Made by a program: the position numbers and the translations under genes
Notes under the pieces: model-generated
What the model saw: only the letters and a program-made list of their open reading frames with translations
What the model was told of the DNA's origin: nothing
The model's database searches: none
Part shown: in pieces, positions 17,135 through 25,686 of the stretch
Position numbering within the stretch: position 1 is the first letter of the stretch
Layout of the letters: each line of letters begins with the position of its first letter
Assembly: GCA_046735335.1 (NCBI GenBank)
Contig: JBKPTE010000060.1
Span: forward strand, 1,125-65,124
Length of the DNA stretch: 64,000 nucleotides
Direction: 5' to 3'
From: Acidobacteriota bacterium
GTDB taxonomy: Bacteria > Acidobacteriota > Vicinamibacteria > Vicinamibacterales > 2-12-FULL-66-21

Positions 17135-19435
17135 ATGGCCCGTCGTGGATACCTCGCGCGTGCACTAGAATGTCGCCACTTCAGTCCAGGCCGCACAGTG
17201 TCTCTGCCCGCAAACGACATCGCCGACTTCTTATGCGCCGCATCGGCATTCAGCGGCGTCGACGCAGCCCACGTGCGGGCGCTGACGGCGGATTTCAGGC
17301 TTTCGACGTTCTCTGACGGCGCGGTCGTCGTCGCCCAGGGCGATTCACATCGAACGCTGTACGTCGTCATTTCGGGGCAGCTCCGCGTCAGCTGGCAGAT
17401 GCCGGGCGGCGGGTCCCGAGTGCTGTTCTACGTCGATCCCGGCGAAACCGTCTGCGAAATGAGCCTCGTCTCCGACGACCCGGCAGCGGCAACCGTCGCC
17501 GCGGTCGGCGAAACTGTGCTCGTCTCGCTCCACCGGGACGACTTCGATCGGTTCTCGGCCACGTACCCCGATGCGGCGCTGCACCTGGTGCAGTCGCTGA
17601 GCCGGCGATTGCAGGCCCACCGGCTGTCCATCGCTCTGCATCTCGGGCATCTGTTCGATTCCGCGAATCCGGAGCTCCTCAGCGATCTGGAGTCCGAGCT
17701 CGAGATGTCCGCGTTGTACGGCGGAGAGATCCTCTTTCGGCAAGGCGAGCCGGGTGATTCGCTGTGCCTCGTCATCAACGGCCGCGTGCGCGTTTTCGTT
17801 CGCAACGATCAGGGAGAGGAGCGGGCGGTCGCGGAACTTGGCGCAGGCGAAGTCATCGGCGAAATAGCGGTCGTCACCGGCGAGAGACGGACGGCGACTG
17901 TCGTCGCGATCCGCGATACGCAGGTCGCAAGGCTCACGAAAGCTGCGTTCGATCGGCTCGTCCTTCGCCATCCGGCCTGGGCGGTCCGGACGGTCGGCCA
18001 GAAGCTGGCGCAACGGCTGATCGACGCCAACGCAGGGAGGAGTCAGCGATGCCAGGTGTCGACGATCGCCGTCGTGCCCATCGATCGCTCGGCGCCGGCA
18101 GGTGCGTTTTGCGAGCAGCTGCTGGCGCCCCTCTCCTCGTTCGGCCCCGCGGTGCACGTAACGAGCGCGGACGTCGATCGACATCTCGGCCGTCCAGGCA
18201 TCTCGCAGACGTTCGAGCGGGAGGGTGCCAACATCCGAGTCGTCGAGTGGCTTGCAAAGCAGGAGACCGAGCATCGGTATGTGATCTACCAGGCCGAACC
18301 GTTTCTGTGCCCATGGACGGAACGGTGCATTCGCCAGGCGGATCACGTCATTCTCCTCGGGGATGGCGCGAGCGACCCGGCCTTGGGAGAAGTCGAAACG
18401 GAGCTGCTGTCCGTGCGCCCCGAACGCTATGGCGCGCGCCAATGGCTCGTTCTCGCGCACGATCGCGCGGCGCCTTCGGGCACGCGACACTGGCTCGCGA
18501 ATCGCGACGTCGAGCGGTACTATCACGTCCGGCTCGGCGATCGGACGACGTTCGATCGGCTGGGACGGCTGCTCACAGGCCGGGCCGTCGGCTTGACGCT
18601 CGGAGGAGGATTCGCGCGCGGCCTCGCGCATCTCGGCGTCTTCCGGGCGTTCGAAGAGATGGGCATTCCGATCGACGCCATCGGATCGGCGAGCATGGGC
18701 GGCTTGCTTGGCGGTTTGAGGGCGATGGGGTGGGACCGCGATCGGATTCAGCGCGAGGTCTGCGCCGCCTGCGCCGACCACTTCGGCGACATGACGTTCC
18801 CCTTCGTCGCGTTCAAGCGCGGCGGCAAGTTCAGCCAGAACGTGCGGAACCTGTTCGGCGACGTGCAGATCGAGGACTTGTGGTTGCCCTACTTCTGCAT
18901 CTCGGCGAACCTGAACCGGTCGGAGCTGAAGCTGCACACGCAGGGTTCGCTTGCCAAGGCCGTCCTCGCCTCGACGCGCGCGCCGGGCGTCTTCCCGCCG
19001 ATCGTCTACGACGGCGAGCTGCACGTCGACGGCGGCGTCATCAACAACGTCCCGGTCGATCTCATGAAAGAGTTCTGCAACCAGGGCGTGACGATCGGCG
19101 TCGACGTCGCGCCGCCGCACGAGCTCAGGCCGGTCCGAGACTACGGCGACGCGATTTCCGGGTGGAAGACGTTCTGGAAGCGGTGCTTCTCAGCCGAGCG
19201 CGTGTACACGCCCAGCATCCTCCTCGTCCTGATTCGCACCCTCGAATACACGGGGATTTCGAACCAGCACACCAGGCTGCAGTCCGCGGACGTCTTCATG
19301 CGTCCGGACATGCTTCCTTTCAAGCGCACCGACTTTCATCTCGCTGCGAGCATCGTCGAAGCCGGGTACGAGTGCGCGAAGGCGAATCTGCTGAAGCATC
19401 GCGAGAAAGTCACGAGCGCAATTACGGCTCTCTGA
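17135..19435 (+). CDS. cyclic-nucleotide-binding (x2) patatin-like phospholipase (NTE-like)
   Basis: Two cNMP-binding domains (GDSHRTLYVVISGQLRV...GETVCEMSL and GDSLCLVINGRVRV...GEVIGEIAVVTGERRTATV). Patatin domain with the oxyanion motif GGGFARG, a serine motif GSASMGG and the catalytic DGG (HVDGGVINNVP). Confidence 0.85.
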   Translation: MARRGYLARALECRHFSPGRTVSLPANDIADFLCAASAFSGVDAAHVRALTADFRLSTFSDGAVVVAQGDSHRTLYVVISGQLRVSWQMPGGGSRVLFYVDPGETVCEMSLVSDDPAAATVAAVGETVLVSLHRDDFDRFSATYPDAALHLVQSLSRRLQAHRLSIALHLGHLFDSANPELLSDLESELEMSALYGGEILFRQGEPGDSLCLVINGRVRVFVRNDQGEERAVAELGAGEVIGEIAVVTGERRTATVVAIRDTQVARLTKAAFDRLVLRHPAWAVRTVGQKLAQRLIDANAGRSQRCQVSTIAVVPIDRSAPAGAFCEQLLAPLSSFGPAVHVTSADVDRHLGRPGISQTFEREGANIRVVEWLAKQETEHRYVIYQAEPFLCPWTERCIRQADHVILLGDGASDPALGEVETELLSVRPERYGARQWLVLAHDRAAPSGTRHWLANRDVERYYHVRLGDRTTFDRLGRLLTGRAVGLTLGGGFARGLAHLGVFRAFEEMGIPIDAIGSASMGGLLGGLRAMGWDRDRIQREVCAACADHFGDMTFPFVAFKRGGKFSQNVRNLFGDVQIEDLWLPYFCISANLNRSELKLHTQGSLAKAVLASTRAPGVFPPIVYDGELHVDGGVINNVPVDLMKEFCNQGVTIGVDVAPPHELRPVRDYGDAISGWKTFWKRCFSAERVYTPSILLVLIRTLEYTGISNQHTRLQSADVFMRPDMLPFKRTDFHLAASIVEAGYECAKANLLKHREKVTSAITAL

Positions 19436-20924
19436 CACGAGCGTCCGAAAGACGGCAGGCTTCGCTGGCGCGACGGCTTCCGAGACCGCGAACGATAAGT
19501 CTGGCGAACCGGCCGTACGGCGGCGCGGTCAGGCGCAGCACGTTCACGAAGCGCACATGGTGCACGCTTCGAGCGTGCGAAAACCGCTGGAAGCCCGTCC
19601 GGCCGTGATAGGCACCCATCCCGCTGCTGCCCACGCCGCCGAACGGGAGATCCTCCTGAACCTGGTGGAGAAGCAAACCGTTGATCGTTGCGCCTCCAGA
19701 CGTGGTGCGGCCGAGCACGCCGTCGCAGGAGGCACGATCGTGCGTGAGGCAGTACAGCGCGAGCGGCTTGTCCCTTCCATTGACGAACGCCACGGCCTCG
19801 TCCAGCGTCTCGTAAGGAACGATCGGCAGGACGGGCCCGAAGATTTCGTCGCGCATCAGCGCGCACGTCATCGGCGGACGCAGTACCACCGTCAGTCTCA
19901 TCGCTCGCGCAGTGGCCGTGCCCCCCTCGTGTGCGAGAATCTGTGCTCCGCCGGCGCGAGCTTCGTCGATTGCCGTCCTCAGGCGCTCGTACTGCGGTTC
20001 GGTGAAGATCGACGTGTAATCAGGATTGCTGCCGGCGCCGGGATAGAGCCGCCGCGCCTCGGCGATGATGGCCTGCCCCAGCGCCTCCACTTTCGGGGCT
20101 GGAGCGAGCACGTAGTCCGGCGCCAGGCACGTCTGACCGGCATTCGCCAGCTTCGGGAAGGTGATATCCCGCGCCGCGACGGCGACGTCGTAGTCGGGGC
20201 ACACCACGACCGGTGACTTGCCTCCCAGCTCCAGGGTAACGGGTGTGAGATTCTCGGCTGCAGCCGCGAGCACCTTTCGTCCGACGGCAGCGGACCCGGT
20301 GAACAGGATGTGATCGAGCGGCAGCCGAACGAACTGCTCTGCGAGGTCCACCCCGCCGACGAGAACGGCGAGCTCGCTCTCGTCGAACGCCCGCGCCAGC
20401 AGACTCTTGAGCAGCTTGGAGAACGCGGGCATCTGATCGGACGTCTTCAGGAGCACGCGGTTGCCCGCGGCCATCGCATCCACCACCGGAACGAGCGCGA
20501 GCGACAGCGGATAGTTCCACGGCGACACGATCCCGACGATGCCGAGCGGTTGGTACTGGATCCAGGAGCGGCTCGGTTTGAAGGTCCACGCGACCCGCCG
20601 GCGTTCGGGGCGCATCCAGCGTCGCAGGTTCTGCTTCGCGTGCCGGATCGCGTTCTGCAGCGGTACGAGCTCGAGGAGGGACGTCTCGTAAATCGAGCGG
20701 TGACCGAAATCCGCCGAGATCGCATCGGCGAGCGCCGGACTGTTTTCTCCAACAGCCTCGGCCAGCCGATCGAGCGAACCGAGGCGAGCGCGGAGATCCG
20801 GCGGCGCAGAGGCGGCACACGCGCGGCGCTGCAGGTCGTAGACGCGGCGCATTTCGGCGATGGCGTCGCCTGCTCCCGGAACGGCGTCGGTCTGGGCGGC
20901 CGTCGTGCTCATTTCCGTCTCCAA
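19422..20924 (-). CDS. class-3 aldehyde dehydrogenase (fatty/coniferyl aldehyde dehydrogenase-like)
   Basis: PLGIVGIVSPWNYP, FTGSAAVGRKV, LELGGKSP and NAGQTCLAPDYVL closely parallel the remembered ALDH3 family motifs, including the catalytic Cys. The 3' end overlaps the convergent patatin gene by 14 nt. Confidence 0.9.
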   Translation of the reverse strand: METEMSTTAAQTDAVPGAGDAIAEMRRVYDLQRRACAASAPPDLRARLGSLDRLAEAVGENSPALADAISADFGHRSIYETSLLELVPLQNAIRHAKQNLRRWMRPERRRVAWTFKPSRSWIQYQPLGIVGIVSPWNYPLSLALVPVVDAMAAGNRVLLKTSDQMPAFSKLLKSLLARAFDESELAVLVGGVDLAEQFVRLPLDHILFTGSAAVGRKVLAAAAENLTPVTLELGGKSPVVVCPDYDVAVAARDITFPKLANAGQTCLAPDYVLAPAPKVEALGQAIIAEARRLYPGAGSNPDYTSIFTEPQYERLRTAIDEARAGGAQILAHEGGTATARAMRLTVVLRPPMTCALMRDEIFGPVLPIVPYETLDEAVAFVNGRDKPLALYCLTHDRASCDGVLGRTTSGGATINGLLLHQVQEDLPFGGVGSSGMGAYHGRTGFQRFSHARSVHHVRFVNVLRLTAPPYGRFARLIVRGLGSRRASEACRLSDARVREP

Positions 20925-20941
20925 CTCCGCCGCGGCCTGCC

Positions 20942-22318
20942 TCAGCCGACAACCGCTTCCTGCGCAGAGAACAGCTCACGAAAGTACGCGTTCAGCATGC
21001 GCCCGTCCGGGTCGTACGTCCGCTGGGTCTGCGCCATCAGGTCGAGACGATCGCCGTATGCCTTGCGGACGATCTCGCGGGTGATCCCGAACGTCTGGTT
21101 GAGCAGCGGCGCGCCGCGGCGGGCGCTGCAGAACCGGTTGTACTCGTCAAGATACTCCCACCAGCCTGGGGCGCCCGTCGAAACCGGATCGAGGGTCATG
21201 ACGTCTCCTGCGTGGGAGTACGACAGCAACGCGCGGCGGTCCTGGCGGATGGCGTATCCGACGGACGACAGGTTCGAGCGGTATCCCGTGCGGCGGTAGT
21301 AGTCGCGGCAGAACTGGAAATAGTCCGCGATGATTTTGGGATACTCCTGCACCGGGAACGCAAACAGGCTGAACGTGTAGCGGCTGCGCCCCCCGTGCGG
21401 AGGGTAGCGGATGATTTGATCGACCGGGATCGTGTGACGGCCCCTCACCCGATGCACCAGATTGAACCGCCAGAACGCACCAAGGGCGTTGATCACGTGG
21501 TAGCGCACCGACCGTAGCGGTACGCGCGTTTCCACGGCATTGGCCAGCATCGGTCCGATCACGCTCCAGCCGCGGTTTCGAACCGCCCACGGACGGTCTC
21601 GTGGCGTGCCGGGGGCGCCCGGATTGTACCTGCGGAATTCGACGGTAATCCTGTCGGCGAACGGAAAGATGTAGCAGAAGATCGACCATCCGCTGCGTCT
21701 CAGCCCAGGAAGCTCGCGGACGAACTCCTCGGACGTGAACGTCTTGTGAAAGACCTCGATGGGCGTCAGCGGACGCACTTTGAACGTCGCCGCGTACACG
21801 ACGCCGAACGTCCCGTAGCTGCAGCGGATCTTCTCCATGAGTGCGGGATCGTTCTCGTCGCTGGCCTCCATCACGCGCCCGTCGGGCAGCACCATCTTGA
21901 CGCCGGTCACGTAGGAGCCCACCTGCCCGTACTCGCCCGGCATCGACGAGTCCTTCGTCCCGGCACAGGCGGCGCTGCCCACCGACAGATTGCCGATTTC
22001 CGTGCAGACGTGGAATTGCAGCCGCCGCGCGCGCAGCGCATTCGCGACGTCGATGTACAACGCGCCCGCTTCCGCCGTGACCGAATCGTCCGCGATCTCG
22101 AGGATGCGGTTCATCCCTTCCATCTTGATGAGGGTGCCGCCGTCGGCGGCGCCGCACATCGCCGTGGAATGATTCGACCCAATCGCCCGTACGGGAGACG
22201 GGAACCGGACTGGATCGGTGAGGACCCGCCGGATGTCCTCGACCGAGCGCGCCTCCACGATTACCCTAGGATGGGACACGAGATCACCGAACCAGTTGGC
22301 CACGACGAGCTCGGACAT
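20942..22318 (-). CDS. FAD-binding oxidase, PCMH-type FAD domain with ALO-like C-terminus
   Basis: N-terminal FAD_binding_4-like region (VRAIGSNHSTAMCGAADGGTLIKM). C-terminus ...TQRTYDPDGRMLNAYFRELF resembles the D-arabinono-1,4-lactone oxidase / VAO family tail. Confidence 0.75.
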   Translation of the reverse strand: MSELVVANWFGDLVSHPRVIVEARSVEDIRRVLTDPVRFPSPVRAIGSNHSTAMCGAADGGTLIKMEGMNRILEIADDSVTAEAGALYIDVANALRARRLQFHVCTEIGNLSVGSAACAGTKDSSMPGEYGQVGSYVTGVKMVLPDGRVMEASDENDPALMEKIRCSYGTFGVVYAATFKVRPLTPIEVFHKTFTSEEFVRELPGLRRSGWSIFCYIFPFADRITVEFRRYNPGAPGTPRDRPWAVRNRGWSVIGPMLANAVETRVPLRSVRYHVINALGAFWRFNLVHRVRGRHTIPVDQIIRYPPHGGRSRYTFSLFAFPVQEYPKIIADYFQFCRDYYRRTGYRSNLSSVGYAIRQDRRALLSYSHAGDVMTLDPVSTGAPGWWEYLDEYNRFCSARRGAPLLNQTFGITREIVRKAYGDRLDLMAQTQRTYDPDGRMLNAYFRELFSAQEAVVG

Positions 22319-22431
22319 GCCGAGACCTCCGCTGAGGGTCGACGACTGACGCCTCGCGCTCTCCGCAGATATGGGGATACTATTCCGAGCGACGTGCGCC
22401 GCTAGGTCGGCTCCCGCAAGCGAGGGCGATC

Positions 22432-24828
22432 ATGTCACATGCAGATCCGGCCCAAACCAGCCACCCGCTCCTGAGTGGAACCTGCCTGCCTGATGCGGTC
22501 TCGACGCTGAAAGCGCTCGAGCAGGCGTTCGAGCTCGATCCGACCGATCGAACCGGCGAGATCAGCGCCCTTCTTGGAACGATCTATTTCGTCCAGGAGC
22601 GATACGGCGACGCGGTCCGCCACCTCGAGGCCGCCGTCATGAAGCGGCCCGACGATACGAGCCTCGCCGACGTCTTCGCGCGCGCCGTCCGGAACTGCGA
22701 CACGCGGATAGACAAACCCATGTCGGTGATCGAGTTCACCGACGCCGTCAAGATGATGACGCCGCCGGCGCTGTACCTACGCGAGCCCGAGATCAAGGCG
22801 CCGCTGCCCCGTGCGGCTCACGGATCCTGGAAGACCGGCTCTGTCGTCGTCGGACTCCAGACGATGGGCGGCGCGGCAGCCGGCATGCTGCTGAGCGGCC
22901 TGCTGACGATCGCCGAGCGCGCTGGATTGAACGACGCCAGGCGGCCGGCCTGGGTCCGGCGATCGCGGATCCTCGGTCAGCTCACGCTGGCCGCGTACCG
23001 CGAGTGGCTGGACGGACATGTCATCCAGGATCCGTACCGGCGAGGCGAGCTGACGGCAAACCAGCCGCCGGGCCAGCGGCGTCCGGCGTGGACGCGATCG
23101 ATGCCCACCGCAAACGGCGCGTGGCGTACTGACGACCCGATGGAAGGCGCCGCGCTTGCCCGCTACGCGCAGCAGGGTGCACAGCCCATCGAGCGTTTCC
23201 AGAGCCGTCTGAACGATCCGCGGCTGCCAAGCCCGCGCGAAGTCGCACGCGCCTTCCTTCATCTGCGGCCCGGGACCCGACAGACGCTGGCACCGTTCCT
23301 CAACAAGCTGTACATCGCGTGGATTCAGTTCGAGAGCCACGACTGGTTCAGTCATGGCGAGAACGTCGGGGGAGGCGGGATGTACAAGATCCCGCTCGCA
23401 GCCGACGATCCGATCCGGCTGAAATACGGACTCGAGACACTCGAGATCAAAAGGACGCAGCCCGATCCGCATCCGAGCCAGGGACGCCTCACGTATCCGA
23501 ACGAGGTCACGCACTGGTGGGACGCCTCGCAGGTGTACGGCAGCAACCAGGAGACGGAGGATCGCCTGCGCACCGGAGCGGACGGCAGATTGCTGCCGGG
23601 CGGCAAGCTCCATCTCCCGCACGACCTGCTGCCCATCAACCCGGTGACCGGCGTCGAAGACACGGGATTCACGCGGAACTGGTGGCTGGGGCTCTCGATG
23701 TTCCACACGTTGTTTGCCCGCCACCACAATCGGATCTGCGACGAGCTGGCCCGCGCGTACCCGGACCATCCGTGGACCAGCGATCAGATCTTCAAGACGG
23801 CGCGTCTCATCAACGCGGCGGTCATGGCCAAGATCCACACGGTCGAGTGGACACCCGCCGTGCTGCCGAACAAGAAAGTGGCGCCCGGCCTCTGCGTCAA
23901 CTGGTGGGGGCTGACGGAAACACGGCTGCGCCCGTTCCGGAAGCGGCGCATTCATCGCGTGCTGAAACTCCGCCACCCGATTCTCGGCGGCCTCGTGGGC
24001 GGCCGCCGGGACAATCACGGCGTGCGGCACCAGTTCTCCGAGGAGTTCGTGTCCGCATACCGTCTGCACGAGGGGATGACCGAGACGATCGACATCCGCT
24101 ACGCAGGTGAGCCCTCCGTGCGCACATCCATCAGGACGGATGCCTCACGCGGCCACGCGGCTCACGCGATCGTGCAGGCGCACGGTCTCGGCAACCTGTT
24201 CAACTCGTTTGGATTCGAGAAGGGCGGCGCGCTCGTCAACAACAACCTGCCCGCCTGGATGACGGACATGAGCATCGACGGCCAGGCGGTCATCGATATC
24301 GGGACGATCGACATCCTTCGCGATCGCGAGCGGGGAATGCCGGGGTACAACGACCTGCGCGCGCTCCAGGGATTGCCGCGGCTCGCGACCTACGACGACC
24401 TGACGGCGGATCCGTCGACAAAGGCGAATCTCGAGCGCCTCTATGGCCCTGCGCCGGGCGGTCTGGACCTCATGGACCTCCAGGTCGGCATGTTGTGCGA
24501 CCAGAAGCGGCCCGACGGATTCGGCTTCGACGATCTGCGCTTCGCGTTCTTCATCAAGGCGGCGTCGAGCCGGCTCGAGCAGGATCCGATGTTCTGCGAG
24601 AACATGAACGCGGGCGTCTACACCGAGTGGGGCCTCGAGCACATCGAGACGATGGATCTCCGCGAAGTGCTGCTCCTCGAATGCCCCGAACTGCGCGCCT
24701 CGCCCCTCGCGCGCACGGATGCGCGCGGCCGGTACACGCTCGGCAACCCCTTCGAACCATGGGGCACGACCGCAGCGACGCATCCCGACGAGCACCCGCT
24801 CAGCGCCGGGCGCATCGAGCGCTATTAG
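22432..24828 (+). CDS. haem dioxygenase of the animal-peroxidase superfamily, plant alpha-dioxygenase (alpha-DOX)-like, with extra N-terminal region
   Basis: 798 aa. WIQFESHDW (distal His303) compares with plant WIQFMIHDW. EEFVSAYRLH (Tyr543/His546) compares with plant DFTSVYRMH, which carries the catalytic Tyr and proximal His. Other matches: THWWDASQVYGSN, TLFARHHNRICDEL, AKIHTVEWT, ILRDRERGMPGYN, and SRLEQD (Arg714, equivalent to the carboxylate-binding Arg). All comparisons are against Arabidopsis DOX1 recalled from memory. Confidence 0.85.
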   Translation: MSHADPAQTSHPLLSGTCLPDAVSTLKALEQAFELDPTDRTGEISALLGTIYFVQERYGDAVRHLEAAVMKRPDDTSLADVFARAVRNCDTRIDKPMSVIEFTDAVKMMTPPALYLREPEIKAPLPRAAHGSWKTGSVVVGLQTMGGAAAGMLLSGLLTIAERAGLNDARRPAWVRRSRILGQLTLAAYREWLDGHVIQDPYRRGELTANQPPGQRRPAWTRSMPTANGAWRTDDPMEGAALARYAQQGAQPIERFQSRLNDPRLPSPREVARAFLHLRPGTRQTLAPFLNKLYIAWIQFESHDWFSHGENVGGGGMYKIPLAADDPIRLKYGLETLEIKRTQPDPHPSQGRLTYPNEVTHWWDASQVYGSNQETEDRLRTGADGRLLPGGKLHLPHDLLPINPVTGVEDTGFTRNWWLGLSMFHTLFARHHNRICDELARAYPDHPWTSDQIFKTARLINAAVMAKIHTVEWTPAVLPNKKVAPGLCVNWWGLTETRLRPFRKRRIHRVLKLRHPILGGLVGGRRDNHGVRHQFSEEFVSAYRLHEGMTETIDIRYAGEPSVRTSIRTDASRGHAAHAIVQAHGLGNLFNSFGFEKGGALVNNNLPAWMTDMSIDGQAVIDIGTIDILRDRERGMPGYNDLRALQGLPRLATYDDLTADPSTKANLERLYGPAPGGLDLMDLQVGMLCDQKRPDGFGFDDLRFAFFIKAASSRLEQDPMFCENMNAGVYTEWGLEHIETMDLREVLLLECPELRASPLARTDARGRYTLGNPFEPWGTTAATHPDEHPLSAGRIERY

Positions 24829-24847
24829 CGCGAACGGATCGAGCGCC

Positions 24848-25672
24848 ATGGTCGAAGCTCCAGCCGTCGTTGCAGGGACGCCGATACGGCTCTTTCATGC
24901 CGGCCTGAATCGGTATTTCATCGTCGATGGCGCGTCCGTCTACGGGGACGCGCGCGGCGATGGTCGCATTCGGAATGGTGACAGATACGCCGGACCCGAG
25001 GTAAGCGCACTCGTCGAAGCGGCGCGATTTTTCGCGACGTACTACGACGCGCCCTTTCCCGGTGCGAGGAGTCTGAACCCGCAGATCAGCAGCGGCGGAC
25101 GCCTGAACGGCAAGGAAGCGCGGCGCTTCGCTCAGGGCGCGGACGGCGTCGTCGCGAAGCGGACGGACCTCCTCGCGCATCTCGACTTCTTCGATCGGCG
25201 AAGCGGCGATGGCACGATCGCGCTCGGAGAGAACTTTCAGGGCTGGCGCGATCTGGGGTTCGGACTCCTCCGATCGCTGCTGCTCACGTTGGGCTCGGCG
25301 CTCGTGTTTGGACGAGCAGTCGACGGATTCGCGATCGACGTCGACCGGATCGCGGAGAAGCGCCCGAAGGGAAGCAGCGGGATCTACGGGCCGGAAGGCA
25401 ACGTGGACCGGGCGCGTCTTGCCGCCTTTGCGGCGGCGTTCGACGGCACCGCGAACGACATGCTCACGCACGGCGAGCTCCGAGCGGCTCTTGCGCAGCG
25501 TGCCAGGCTCGGAAGGATTCCCCGGCGCCAGTTCGAATCGCTGCTCGCGCTCACCGAACGGATCAACGGATCACCAATCGTGACGAGGGATCAGTTTCTG
25601 GGGCTGTTCGACAACTCCCTGTTCTGGATGGTGGCGTCGCTGCCCGACCGATCCGGACGGCGGCGCCTCTAA
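24848..25672 (+). CDS. caleosin (peroxygenase)-family protein
   Basis: 274 aa. [32 protein letters not shown] compares with plant [50 protein letters not shown] compares with IHKSKHGSDSKTYDNEGRF. C-terminal LFDNSLFW compares with CFDGSLFE. Starts 19 nt after the alpha-DOX-like stop. Confidence 0.75.
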   Translation: [274 protein letters not shown]

Positions 25673-25686
25673 CCAAGCGCTCTGGT

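Noticed and set aside
17345-19120. 591-aa minus-strand ORF and the parallel 614-aa plus-strand out-of-frame ORF (17764-19608)
   Set aside because: Both overlap the patatin/cNMP gene, which has clear catalytic motifs in its own frame. The alternatives are Arg/Pro-rich shadows.
17135-19435. cNMP-binding patatin as a CBASS/Pycsar-type effector
   Set aside because: No cyclase or CD-NTase gene is nearby. The two-cNMP-domain plus patatin architecture is that of widespread NTE-like housekeeping lipases. The lipid-oxidation context offers a better explanation.
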